Assembly: GCA_000146045.2 (NCBI GenBank)
Contig: BK006944.2
Span: 352,001 to 416,000, forward strand
Reading direction: 5' to 3'
Length of the DNA stretch: 64,000 nucleotides
Origin: TPA_inf: Saccharomyces
Lineage: Eukaryota
Made by a program: the position numbers and the translations under genes
In this document: positions 53,190-64,000 of the stretch, one piece after another
How positions within the stretch are numbered: position 1 is the stretch's first letter
Layout of the letters: the number at the start of each line of letters is the position of its first letter
Notes under the pieces: generated by a model
Seen by the model: only the letters and a program-made list of their open reading frames with translations
Told to the model about the DNA's origin: nothing
The model's database searches: none

Positions 53190-55241
53190 TTACAAATAAT
53201 CGTCAATGTTGGGGTACCTTACGTCAGCGTTCTCTTCACACCATTCTGACCAACTTTTTAGGTACTTGTTACCGCACCTTTGCAGAACTTCTATATTGCC
53301 AACAACAACTAGTTGCCTTCTGGGTCTTGTCATGGCGACGTTCAGTCTTCGTTCTTCCTTAAGGAAACCAACTTCAAATTTTTCATTGCTACGAACTAAA
53401 CTCAATATGATAACATCTTTTTCACGGCCCTGGAACCCATCTACAGTTGATATTTCAATATCAGTTAATTTTAATTCATCATGGATCAATTTTTTCAGAT
53501 GAGAAACTTGTGCATTGTATGGAGAAATAACACCTATAGAGTTCTCCGGGACGTTGAATGACCTTAAATTCTCAATGTGTTCTTTTACAATGGCAATTTC
53601 GCCCTCATTATACTTAGATCCAAGGATAGTAGCTTCATCTGCAGTCTCTTGAAATTCATCACCTTGCGTATCATACCAAATTAAAGGAATTTTTGTATCG
53701 TCATCATCCTCAGATGGCGTAGCATCGACGGTCGGTAGGTCTATCAAAAGTCTGTTCGCGACCGTTGCATCGGCCAATAGTTTCCCATTATACATTGAGT
53801 GCGATGGAAATTCCATAATTTTTTGATTCATCCTGTATTGAACGTTAAGAAATTTTACCATATCCCTTTTCGGGAATATTTTGATTATTCTGTCAAATAG
53901 TGTGGTTTCCAAATTGTGAATGACATTTTTGTCGTCTTCTGTTTTGATTGTGGGTGGCAATTGTTTATTGTCACCAGCAAGGACTAGTTTGTGGAACTGA
54001 TTTTGATGTGCAATTAGTGGGATCCAGCATTGTGGTTCCATGGCCTGTGAGACTTCATCGATGATCAAGGTATCGAAAAGCTGGAAATTTGGATCATCTC
54101 TATAAAGGGAGCATAGTTCTCTCGATGATGAACCGTGTAAAGTGGTGACGACTATTCTCGATTGTATTATTAAGTCCTTAATGGTTTTGAACTCTCTTTT
54201 CTTTAAATCTTTGCGCAGCAGTTTAATTTCGTTCCAGTTTTCTTTACGTTGCTTATAGTTTTTTAGTTTTTTATTCTCCTGAATTAATTTGTCAATCTCC
54301 TGGGAAATGTCCTTCACAATAGTATTCTTTTTACTAAGTATATCAAGAGAGTGTCTTTTATTAGAGTCTAATAGCCTAGCAGGATGACCGATTCTTAATA
54401 ATAAATTATTCGGCACAAGAGGCGTTAGCCTCTCCAGAATCGTATCCACAGAAATATTGGAAGGCCCACAAATTAAGATTCTCTCCTCAGGATTTTTAAT
54501 TAGCAATTGCTGGATCAATTCAATTAATGTGAATGTTTTACCCGTACCAGGAGGACCATGTATAATGGTCAAGTCATTGTTAATGGCAAAATTAATGGCA
54601 GTTTTCTGGGAGTCATTCAGATTCGGGTTTAAAAAAGATTTAATGTTTTGAAAGCTGTTTGTATTGGGGATGAAGGGGCGTTCGTTTACCAAGTATTGTA
54701 TAATTTTGTCTTGTATGGGTGAACTAATTTCAGACAGTTTTCTCATTGTGGATTCCATTCTATTATACGTGACGACATTGGTAGTCTTTAAAATGTAAAG
54801 TTTGCTATAAGAATAAAATGTGGTAGCAATAACATCTTGAGATTCTTCTAGAGCTATGGTGATTTGAGTATCACTCATTTTGTAGACAACGCCTGAGCAT
54901 TCCGCTTGCTCGCCATTGGAGTCTTCAGACACCTTTTTGACTTTGGGCTTAGTCTTGGTATTTACTTTGGTTTTTGCAGGGCGTACCAAAACAATATCAC
55001 CAACCTTAATATCACCCCTTTGAATTTTGTCGTTAACCGCCAAGTTAGGTCCCAGTTCCATATATAATTTGCCAATGAGACCGGATCTTATGTTTTCTAG
55101 ATGTATGTTGTTTATTGCCAAGCCATTTTGCACCAATTGTTGGATAGATAGCGTTGTTAATAGCCTAGAAGTTGTTTGAATGTCTTGTTCACGTTCATGC
55201 TTGATGCTTGATAAAAACTTAGAAGCCAATTCTTTGTTCAT
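53190..55241 (-). CDS. HCS1: Superfamily I DNA helicase (DNA helicase A, Pol alpha-associated), 683 aa
   Basis: Walker A IHGPPGTGKT. SF1 motifs LICGPSNISVD, DEVSQAMEPQCWIPL, GDNKQLPPT, VSTVDGFQGREKDVIILSLVRSN. Confidence 0.92.
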   Translation of the reverse strand: MNKELASKFLSSIKHEREQDIQTTSRLLTTLSIQQLVQNGLAINNIHLENIRSGLIGKLYMELGPNLAVNDKIQRGDIKVGDIVLVRPAKTKVNTKTKPKVKKVSEDSNGEQAECSGVVYKMSDTQITIALEESQDVIATTFYSYSKLYILKTTNVVTYNRMESTMRKLSEISSPIQDKIIQYLVNERPFIPNTNSFQNIKSFLNPNLNDSQKTAINFAINNDLTIIHGPPGTGKTFTLIELIQQLLIKNPEERILICGPSNISVDTILERLTPLVPNNLLLRIGHPARLLDSNKRHSLDILSKKNTIVKDISQEIDKLIQENKKLKNYKQRKENWNEIKLLRKDLKKREFKTIKDLIIQSRIVVTTLHGSSSRELCSLYRDDPNFQLFDTLIIDEVSQAMEPQCWIPLIAHQNQFHKLVLAGDNKQLPPTIKTEDDKNVIHNLETTLFDRIIKIFPKRDMVKFLNVQYRMNQKIMEFPSHSMYNGKLLADATVANRLLIDLPTVDATPSEDDDDTKIPLIWYDTQGDEFQETADEATILGSKYNEGEIAIVKEHIENLRSFNVPENSIGVISPYNAQVSHLKKLIHDELKLTDIEISTVDGFQGREKDVIILSLVRSNEKFEVGFLKEERRLNVAMTRPRRQLVVVGNIEVLQRCGNKYLKSWSEWCEENADVRYPNIDDYL

Positions 55242-55464
55242 TTCCCTCTACTCTTTTTTCTATATTTCTCAAGAGACAACTTTACATCAGCCTTCATATT
55301 TTTGAAATATATGTAACGTACAAGATTTTCTTAGCGTAAGGATATGCAGGCGCACATTTGTGTATATATGACAGTAAGAATGTTTAATTATAATATTTGC
55401 CAGTTATATAAACCTGTGAAAAAAATAATAGAATATGGTGCGTAATATATAGAGGTAAAGGGTA

Positions 55465-55989
55465 CTACATCACATTCAAATTGCCGAATCTGTCCTTGTA
55501 ACCAGGTACGTCCCATTTACCCTTCTTGACCATCTCTTCTACCTTAGCATCAATTTCAGGTTTGATCTTTGTCAGGTCGTCAACAGTTAATTCATCGAAA
55601 GGTCTTGCAGATTGAATATTATCTAAGGTGCTTTGCAAATCCTTTAACTCCTTGGAAACTAAGGATTCTGTCTCCTTGGCGTTGGTCATTGCGTGCTTTT
55701 CAAAAGACTCAATCACTTGTAATTGTTTGGAGGCATCGATTTTGACCGGCTTATATTGCTTAACGTATGATTCTATCTTGTCAATGACTGAAGTGTTTTT
55801 CAACACAGATCTATAATGACTGAAATCTACTTCGGTGGGTTGACTTTGCAGCTCTAGTAATTGTCTACGTGCCTCATCGTTTCTCTTTTTAAAACTCGAT
55901 AATTGAGTGGCAGTCGACCCTGTTATACGTAGAGAAGAGATGACTTTTGCCCAGTCAAGTTTGTTAGCAGCGGATTTGGCCAAAGACAT
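55465..55989 (-). CDS. ATP7: F1F0 ATP synthase peripheral stalk subunit d (174 aa)
   Basis: MSLAKSAANKLDWAKVISSLRITGSTATQLSSFKKRNDEARRQLLELQ. Recognised as Atp7. Confidence 0.92.
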   Translation of the reverse strand: MSLAKSAANKLDWAKVISSLRITGSTATQLSSFKKRNDEARRQLLELQSQPTEVDFSHYRSVLKNTSVIDKIESYVKQYKPVKIDASKQLQVIESFEKHAMTNAKETESLVSKELKDLQSTLDNIQSARPFDELTVDDLTKIKPEIDAKVEEMVKKGKWDVPGYKDRFGNLNVM

Positions 55990-56543
55990 AGTCGAACAAA
56001 AATATAATTAGGTGATTCTGCAATTAAGTGCACGAAAAATTTCTTTTAAATCCTAAGATTGTTCTTTTGCGTTACGTGTCAATATGAATATATAAACTTA
56101 TATAGAAAAGTATTGTACTAGTAGAAATATGTTTTACACCTACGCTAAGCAGCAAGTGGTAATTGGTGTATCTTTTACTTTTTTGGGGGCATCAAGACAA
56201 ATATCCAATCAAATCGAAGAGAAAATAATTCTTGTAACCCGCTCATTAGTCACGTGGTCATCACGTGAGCATAATATATCACGTGATATACACCCATACC
56301 TCGTTTATGGGATTGAGTCATCGGATATGTCATTATAAACGATATTTCTCCGCGGCAATGAGGTGGCGAATATTGGAGTAAAAATGAAAACATCCACCAG
56401 GTGCTTGATGATATACTTGACTTCGGCGGCAATTTAAAGCTTTCTAAGCAGCAATTAGTAAGTAACCATTACAATAACGATAAATACGACACTGGTCCAA
56501 CTAACTCATTGATAGGATAATTGCAGTGATCTTAACGAGTTTA

Positions 56544-59483
56544 ATGGTGACCGACCAAGGCAGTAGGCATTCGATACAATCTAAGCAACCAGCCTACGTT
56601 AATAAACAACCGCAAAAAAGGCAGCAGAGATCTTCTGTCGCATGCCTTTCTTGTAGGAAACGTCATATAAAATGTCCTGGTGGTAACCCTTGCCAAAAAT
56701 GTGTTACGAGCAATGCCATATGTGAGTACTTGGAGCCGTCAAAAAAAATTGTTGTGTCGACAAAGTATCTGCAACAACTGCAAAAAGACTTGAATGATAA
56801 AACTGAAGAGAATAACCGCCTGAAAGCTTTGCTCTTGGAGAGACCAGTGAGTGTACGTGGTAAGGATAACAGCGATGATGACGAGAGGCATATAAACAAT
56901 GCACCCTCAAGTGACACATTGGAAGTATCCAGCGCTCCGGCGGCTCCTATATTTGACCTCATGTCCAATAGTAACACTGCGTCCGATAACGATAACGACG
57001 ATGACAACAGCAACAGAATCACAAATAATAGGAGCTATGATCATAGTTTGGAAAAATACTACAAAAAGGCCATCAGCATCTTTAAACAACCAGCTAATGC
57101 TAATGGCGAAAATGGCAACGGTGCCAATGGTCATGAGGATGATGATGAAGATGATGAAGAAATATCAACAAATTTTGCTCAAAGAAGTGGTAGGCTCATA
57201 GAATCTCACAATGGATTCCATTATTTTGTTGGATCTTCTTCAATGACATTATTTGGGTTAGAAATTCAATCTTTGGTTACAAAGTATATTTCGGTCAAGA
57301 ATTTTCGACCTTTGCCAATAAACACCAAAAACAAGATTTTAAATTCAAACCTGAACCCGGCTATAAGTTCTTTTATCAATTCAAACAACTATCTTTTCTC
57401 GTCCTATAATTTTTTGAACCCTATATCGACTATTGTCAACTTAAACTCAATCAACGATAATTTATCTCCATTGATGTTTAAGATAATTTTGAAAAGCGAT
57501 ACGGATGGTAGTAGTGGCCAGGAAGAGGTAATACAGTTTCAGTTGCCTTCGTATAATTACACAAAACTATTAATTGACTGCTTTATAAATTATAACGATG
57601 GTTGTTTTTACTTTTTCAACGAAGGCCTGGTTAAATGTGGCATTAACAAATTGTACTTGGAAAATAAATGGCTATACTATGATAATACCAAAAAAGCTTT
57701 GGACAATGAGAATGATCCAATTTTACAAGCTGTTTGGTTTTGCAAAATTTTGTTAATTTTAGCAGTAGGTGAAATGTATCTGGGTTCCATCAATAATGAA
57801 ATGTTGAAGAATTATTCTAATCAGCCAAAATTGCCCGGTTCAAAATTTTTTCAAATGGGTTCTAAAATTTTTAATTGTTTGTTCTCAAGTGAAAGATTAG
57901 AAAATGTGACTAAGAAAGGCGGTATTGAAGTCCTGTTGTTATACGCGTTCTTCTTACAGGTGGCTGATTACACTTTAGCCTCTTATTTTTACTTCGGTCA
58001 AGCCCTAAGGACGTGCTTAATTCTAGGCTTACATGTTGATTCTCAAAGCGACACTCTATCCAGGTATGAAATCGAGCATCATAGGAGACTTTGGTGGACA
58101 GTTTACATGTTTGAACGAATGCTTAGCTCAAAAGCTGGGTTACCATTAAGTTTCACTGATTATACAATCTCTACAGCACTGCCAGCGGATATTGATGATG
58201 AAACTATCGAAGAGAAAAATAGTCACTATGTTTTCAGAAAGGCAGAATTGATTTCTAACTGCGTTACTATTGTGAAAATCAATGCACAAATTTTGAGCAA
58301 ATTATATCAAAGGCAACCTGAGACAAACATCATAATTACTTTGAAAGTTGTCATCAAGCAGTTGTTGGAATGGAGGAACAATTTGTCCGATTCCTTACAG
58401 GTGGATTTTACGCAAAAGGATGAAGATTTCAAAATATCGAGATTGTCAACCAATATGTTTACGGAATATTTTCAAGGAATAAACTTGGCCGTGAGACCTT
58501 TATTATTTCATTTTGCATCCATTCAATTGAAAAGGTTCAAAACGAGCAATACTTTCGTCAACTTACAAAACTATTCTGCCACAATATCTTCCTTATTAAC
58601 ATGTTCTTTGCATGCTTCTGTGAATACTATTAGGTCTCTGTGGAGTTTATTACAGAATAGTATGCTTGCTATGTTTAGTTATATGGACAGAGAGTATCTT
58701 TTTACTTCTTCTTGTACTTTATTACTATTCAACACTGCTTTTGGTATTCATGAACAAACACTATATCATTTGGATCATTCTCTGGAAATTTTCACACAAA
58801 TGAGAAACTTAGGCAACATTCCAGCAGGCTTAAGAAGAGCACAATTATTAACATTAATGGCAAATTTGGATTTCCACGGCATAATGAATGACTTGATTAC
58901 TAAATATAACGATATTTTGAAATTTGATTCTATGAATTGTGAAAACGATAACATAGTAGAAGATAGCAATGAACCCAAAAGAGAAACCGAAAAGTGTAAA
59001 CCTCACAAAGATGGCGATCGCATTGACCCTTCAATTATAGACTGTGATAAATCAAACACCAATACAAATATGATCAAGAACGAATCTATATCGAACATTG
59101 TTAGCATACTTCCGGAAGGCGCGAAACCAACGCTGACTGATTATAGTAATGGTAATAATGATGTTAATGATATTAACGTCAATAACTCGGAACCTTCTAC
59201 TTTTTTTGATATCATAACTGCGAGCTTGGAAAATTCATACCAAACCACGCTAACTGAAAAGGGCTCTCAGGTGATGGAAAAAAACATGGATCAGTTGGAT
59301 TCCGTTCATAATCTAAATGATGACGATTTACAACAATTGTTGGAGGATTTAGGCAATATTGATCATTCCGATGAAAAACTTTGGAAGGAAATCACTGATC
59401 AAGCAATGTGGCTGGGAAATACTATGGATCCAACTGCAGCTGCTGGTAGTGAAATTGACTTTACTGATTATTTAGGACCATAA
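56544..59483 (+). CDS. PUT3: Zn2Cys6 proline-utilization transcription activator (979 aa). The ORF has 6 extra in-frame codons upstream.
   Basis: [12 protein letters not shown]... Zn cluster [30 protein letters not shown], acidic region and fungal TF middle homology region. Confidence 0.92.
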
Positions 59484-59618
59484 CACCATTACAAAGACAA
59501 AGAAGAAAATACTGATTTCTTTGTTTTCTTATGCATATATTATACATTTCGCACATTATATAGAAAAGTGGACATTTAATTCTTCAAATCTTATTTAAAA
59601 TATCTATCACAAGACAGC

Positions 59619-62600
59619 TCATTTACGTAGCCTCTTGACAACATTGTCGCTATCACCTTCTGTCCATAATATTAGCCTTTTTTGTGATTTGACAAGCTCG
59701 TTGTAGCCTAATAGTAGTTTTTCAATTCCGTTTTGTTCTTGGGCTAACCTCAAAGTAGTATTTAATGTACCTCTGTTTTCGTTCCGTAAAGTACCAATGT
59801 TGTTCAGTATATCGTCCTGTGGTAGTCTAGATTTGATGTTATTGTTCAAAACCTCGAAAAACGACACAATACCGTTTCTGCTAATTAAATTCAAACCACC
59901 ATCATCTGCTACCCTTTGGACTTTGTAAAAAATAAAATAGATTAGTTCGCGTAATCTTTCTTTCAAGTATGGCATATTGATCAAGTTTAACAACCATTCA
60001 AATACACCTTTCTTCTCTAACATCTTGTAATCTTCATCCGTTTTAATTCCCTTACAAATGGTTGTTAAAACCCAACTCAATTCTCCATAGTATATTTCCA
60101 TATCAATTTCTTTCTTATTGTCATCTTGTTGTCTCTTATTGTAGGACATCATCACATCAGATACCATAGGGATGTCCCAACTACGTATGGTAGAATTTGA
60201 TAATACCCAGCGGTATGCCTTCTCATGTAAGGGCGCAGTTGGACTTCCCAATAGATCAACAATTCTAGAGATAGAAAACCAAATTAACGGATTGATAGGA
60301 TCTTGATTTTGTTGTCTCTGGTATAAAATCCTTTTAATCAACACTTGGTAAATGCTATTATATTTGATTAAATCGCTATCAGATTCTTTTCTTTCATTAT
60401 CCTTGCTAGTTATTTGCTTTTCAAGATTCATCTGGGCAGTTTTCTTCTCCAAAGAAGAAGCTAAATTTGATAAATGTTCGTAACTTATATTGGCAACGGT
60501 ATGACAATCGCTTAATGAGCAAATAATAAACTGAAATATTTTGCAATCAAGGAAATTTTCAAATTCATATCTGTATGTTACATTGCCCTCGTCATCTTTG
60601 ACCATTTTTACCAGCTCTTTGTTATGGATTATTAATAGCAGTAAAAATAATGGATCGTACATATCAACACCAGATCGTTCGGTATCATCGTAGTACTTTT
60701 TGACTAGGTCACACCTTGTAGTAGCATCATAATTGTTTGTATTAGAATCGGTATATAATTCAGGGACTTGAGGCCTTTCCAATACGTATCTGTCAATGGA
60801 CTTTTTGATCATGTTTTTTTGTAGTGTTAGTATCAACCCCTCCCTTTCTTTGGTAATCAGCCTCGTGTCTCCAATGGCTTCCAAGATTTCTTCCTCTTCG
60901 TCTTTGATAAATTCCCAAGAAAAAATCATGTTTGTCCATGAAGTAGCGGTGTGAGATTCGATAGTTTCTAGAATTTTCAGTATCAACTTGTCGTTACTGG
61001 AAATAGTACCGGAGTAAAAAGTCAATAATTTCTCTTGAACTATTGGCGTCGAATTTACGACCGGGTCGATGCTGAATAAAGAGAATAATATCATTGTGCT
61101 TAAGAACTTTCGATACGATGAATCTTCATCATTGTCTTTAATCATTATTGATGAGTAACTGTCATTGCTTAATAAAAGTTGAACCATTCTTTGCGATTGA
61201 ATTGACTTTTTGCTCACACAAAAAATTAATACAATAACGTATTCAAGAACCTTAATTTGTTTGATCCACTCACTGCCTAGAATAGCCTCTAATTGAGAAT
61301 TAATGATTTTGACATTCAACTTATTTGGTACCTCTTCAAGTTTTAAGAGCTCAGCCATCGCTCTTAGTAACTCAAAAAAAGAATTGGAGATAACTTTTCT
61401 TTCTGAAAGGTACTTTGTAAGGTAAAGAAGAGTTTTATGTAACCATGTTTCTACCCCTGGATAAGTAAAATTATTGTGTGCAGCTATGTATCTTACTGTA
61501 GCAGCATGATATTTATGGTCGCTCTGTGATAAAACACATTTCAAAATTTCATTTCGTTTCGTTTCGTCATAGAAATCAATATAAGTGGTAATCATATTTA
61601 ATATTTCGTCAAAAATCTCACTTTTCGAGGTAGTGTAAGTACTTTTCGCAATTTCATTACCATACTTGGAAATGGTTTCATGCGCAAATGCGCTAAAATC
61701 TTTATCCTGCATGTGCTTGAACAAAGCAGCCGTTGTTACAATACTTAGTAAAGGTGAATCCTTGATCCTCCAGATACTTGGTATGAAAGATGGGAAAGAA
61801 AAATGTTCCCATCTGTAAAAAGCTTTCAGTACTAGATAATTCAAATCACTAGACACAAAACTATTTATCAGAGAAGTAGTTTCTGAAAGGGATAGCTTAC
61901 CCATAGGATCAGATGAAGCATCAACACAAACTTTGTTTTCTTCAAAAAATTTAGCCAAAGAGATGTTTACTTCCTTAATTGAAGCAGGATCTTCATTTGC
62001 AGCTTTGTTCAGTATATTCTTTACAAGGGATATTTTTATAGTTTTTCCTTCGTTGAATAATTTTTGGAGAATGTTTCTTGTGGACTCTAGTTTGGTGCTA
62101 CACATGAGTAGCGAAGTTAAAGCTGAAGTACTTAAATACTCACTAACACTTGTTAAGAAAGCATTTACATCTTCTTTCTGATACAACTCATTATAGTTGG
62201 CATACTCTTCGACATTTTCACCACTAAACACGACTTTTTGAATTATTTCTCGGAATTCCACTAATTGATGGCCTGTTTCAAAGCATACTGCACCGATTAA
62301 ATTGCACATGAACCTTGATTTTTTCATGAGTAGAGCATTTCTTTTTTCAATGGCCAGTTTTGGTAAAGCGAAATTTATATACCTTTCCAAAACTTTGATA
62401 ATTGGGAATTCTGTGTCTGTTACCATGTAGCTAGCAATCTTGCCAGTTAACTCACAGGCAGTTGCTTCGAACCAATTGTCATATACAACAGAATCGTCTT
62501 CTACCAATAACTGAACTCTAAAAAGGATTCCTGCCGCATCTAATTTGTTCACTGGTAATCTAGAAATATTCATTAGATTTTTAGATGGAAGCGCCGAAAT

Positions 62601-64000
62601 ATACTGGAAAAAAGATGAGCTCTTCATTGAAGAAATTAAAGAATTAGAGCTATTAGTTTTCTTTATGTTTTCTTCAAATGAGTCAAGTTTCAAGTATATA
62701 TTAACATCATGATCAGAGACCTCAGGAAAGACATTTTTAACAAGTTTATCTATGCCTATATGGTCTTCACCAATGAAAATCATGTTTCTAAGAAAAAGTA
62801 TAAGCCATTTAATTAAAAACTCTGGGTTTCCACTCTTGTCAACGTATTTCCATTGCTCTGAAAGGCACATTATGAAGGGAGAAATGTAGTTATACTCTTT
62901 TGCCATATCGACGTACTTGTATGGTGTTTTTACGACACGAGATATAGTTTCGTCAAACCACTTCCAGACTTGTTCCATGTTGTCAATTTCAGAAACTTGA
63001 AGGGAAAGCCCTTGAAGACTATTCACTAAAGCCATCACTGGTGAAATTAAAGATATGTTGAAGATAACGTTTGTTCTCGTCAGCTCATCGAGCAAGTTGG
63101 ATATTCTTGTAGTTATCACGTTAGAAGCATTTTTGGAGGATGCTAGCTTTAATAGTAGGGTGAATAAAGAATTTCCACCAGAACTTGGATTCCACCACCT
63201 GGTTTGAGTAGAGTTAAATTCTTGAAATTGTAAGTAGTTGTCCAGAATAGCAAATTCTATGCCAGAAATCTTGGATTTTTGCATGATATCTGTGTAAATA
63301 TTTGATGATGGTAGGTTAATTGAGAAGAGGTTGGGGAACATTTTACTATAGTAGTTGAATATGATGGATATGGACAGAGGTAAAATTCTATTATCCTTAT
63401 TGGAAGCCAAAGAATTGCTCAAAGTAGATACGAAGATTGGTAAATCAGGAATTCTAGTATGAAACTCGTTGAGTAAAATAGTTTTTTCATTTCTCCAGCC
63501 TTTTTGATCATAAAATGTGGAAACTTTTTCTAATTTTTTTAACGCTAGAACTATTGATTGACAGGCTAATTGTCTTATGATGGGTGTTTCAAATTGTAGG
63601 GATTTAACCAACGAGGATTTGGTGAGCAAAGATGGCAGAATGTTTTCTATAACTAATGAAGTGGCAGGTGGAATATTGCTATCAACTTTCTCCATAAATT
63701 GCGGTATCTTAAGATTAATAATCTTGTTAATCAGTAACGTTATACCAAACCAATACGAAGTCATCTTAGGGTCATAGTTACCATTCGTCGTTAAAAAGAT
63801 GCTGTAAGGAGCAACAAGTTCGGGAACGTTCTCCAATATTTTGATCAACGTACCTAATTGCAGCGTATCTTCCCAAGGTTTGAAAAGGCGTAAAGTGTTG
63901 AACAAAAGTTTATTATGAATTTGAAATTCCACTTGGTTGACGGTTATCGGAGCTCCATGAGAAGCTCCATCAGCAACTGAATTTTTGAACCAAACGCAAT
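59619..64000 (-). CDS. URB1: Nucleolar 60S pre-ribosome biogenesis protein Urb1 (Npa1), C-terminal about 1460 codons. The CDS continues past the window end (5' end missing).
   Basis: Very long helical-repeat ORF. The minus-strand frame stays open through 64000. The apparent ORF-track start at 63932 is a GTG (Val) codon, not ATG. Confidence 0.85.
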   Translation of the reverse strand, partial: CVWFKNSVADGASHGAPITVNQVEFQIHNKLLFNTLRLFKPWEDTLQLGTLIKILENVPELVAPYSIFLTTNGNYDPKMTSYWFGITLLINKIINLKIPQFMEKVDSNIPPATSLVIENILPSLLTKSSLVKSLQFETPIIRQLACQSIVLALKKLEKVSTFYDQKGWRNEKTILLNEFHTRIPDLPIFVSTLSNSLASNKDNRILPLSISIIFNYYSKMFPNLFSINLPSSNIYTDIMQKSKISGIEFAILDNYLQFQEFNSTQTRWWNPSSGGNSLFTLLLKLASSKNASNVITTRISNLLDELTRTNVIFNISLISPVMALVNSLQGLSLQVSEIDNMEQVWKWFDETISRVVKTPYKYVDMAKEYNYISPFIMCLSEQWKYVDKSGNPEFLIKWLILFLRNMIFIGEDHIGIDKLVKNVFPEVSDHDVNIYLKLDSFEENIKKTNSSNSLISSMKSSSFFQYISALPSKNLMNISRLPVNKLDAAGILFRVQLLVEDDSVVYDNWFEATACELTGKIASYMVTDTEFPIIKVLERYINFALPKLAIEKRNALLMKKSRFMCNLIGAVCFETGHQLVEFREIIQKVVFSGENVEEYANYNELYQKEDVNAFLTSVSEYLSTSALTSLLMCSTKLESTRNILQKLFNEGKTIKISLVKNILNKAANEDPASIKEVNISLAKFFEENKVCVDASSDPMGKLSLSETTSLINSFVSSDLNYLVLKAFYRWEHFSFPSFIPSIWRIKDSPLLSIVTTAALFKHMQDKDFSAFAHETISKYGNEIAKSTYTTSKSEIFDEILNMITTYIDFYDETKRNEILKCVLSQSDHKYHAATVRYIAAHNNFTYPGVETWLHKTLLYLTKYLSERKVISNSFFELLRAMAELLKLEEVPNKLNVKIINSQLEAILGSEWIKQIKVLEYVIVLIFCVSKKSIQSQRMVQLLLSNDSYSSIMIKDNDEDSSYRKFLSTMILFSLFSIDPVVNSTPIVQEKLLTFYSGTISSNDKLILKILETIESHTATSWTNMIFSWEFIKDEEEEILEAIGDTRLITKEREGLILTLQKNMIKKSIDRYVLERPQVPELYTDSNTNNYDATTRCDLVKKYYDDTERSGVDMYDPLFLLLLIIHNKELVKMVKDDEGNVTYRYEFENFLDCKIFQFIICSLSDCHTVANISYEHLSNLASSLEKKTAQMNLEKQITSKDNERKESDSDLIKYNSIYQVLIKRILYQRQQNQDPINPLIWFSISRIVDLLGSPTAPLHEKAYRWVLSNSTIRSWDIPMVSDVMMSYNKRQQDDNKKEIDMEIYYGELSWVLTTICKGIKTDEDYKMLEKKGVFEWLLNLINMPYLKERLRELIYFIFYKVQRVADDGGLNLISRNGIVSFFEVLNNNIKSRLPQDDILNNIGTLRNENRGTLNTTLRLAQEQNGIEKLLLGYNELVKSQKRLILWTEGDSDNVVKRLRK

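Noticed and set aside
1-64000. CRISPR arrays, operons, phage or defence islands, or other prokaryotic-style systems
   Set aside because: This is eukaryotic (yeast) nuclear DNA with monocistronic genes. No direct-repeat/spacer architecture or bacterial gene content is present.
1-64000. Spliceosomal introns in the annotated genes
   Set aside because: Every gene is explained by a single uninterrupted ORF of the expected length. I did not see GTATGT...TACTAAC...AG configurations interrupting any conserved protein.

Overview
This window is Saccharomyces cerevisiae nuclear DNA from the left arm of chromosome XI. The predicted proteins and their order match the S288C interval DCW1(YKL046C) to URB1(YKL014C): DCW1 (5' part only), PRI2, YKL044W, PHD1, SPC42, VPS24, NFU1, PTM1, RGT1, AIM26, UGP1, TUL1, YKL033W-A, TTI1, tV(AAC), IXR1, MAE1, TFA1, TCD2, GPX1, PAN3, URA6, YKL023C-A, SKA1, CDC16, MAK11, SPT23, RAM2, YKL018C-A, SWD2, HCS1, ATP7, PUT3 and URB1 (3' part only). 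Gene identities come from my recognition of the translated ORFs; no database search was possible. I could not support any spliceosomal introns, rRNA genes, CRISPR arrays or prokaryotic-style systems. Non-coding content: one tRNA-Val(AAC) gene with a cluster of degenerate Ty delta-like LTR remnants just upstream (a classic Pol III-associated Ty target), long CAG/CAA polyglutamine-encoding repeats in IXR1, a compound (TTG)n/(ATT)n microsatellite in the IXR1-MAE1 spacer, a 24-nt poly(dT) tract in the MAE1-TFA1 divergent promoter, MCB/SCB cell-cycle boxes upstream of PRI2 and SPC42, STRE stress elements upstream of GPX1 and UGP1, and RiBi-type RRPE/PAC-like motifs upstream of MAK11. I did not find a coherent novel multi-gene system. 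The most interesting observations are annotation and structure oddities: MAK11's 5' extension contains promoter motifs, URA6's ATG lies 5 nt after the stop of the small ORF YKL023C-A, several genes (RGT1, IXR1, MAE1 and others) have in-frame upstream ATG extensions, the overlapping AIM26/YKL036C/UGP1 cluster, and several very tightly packed convergent or tandem gene pairs.
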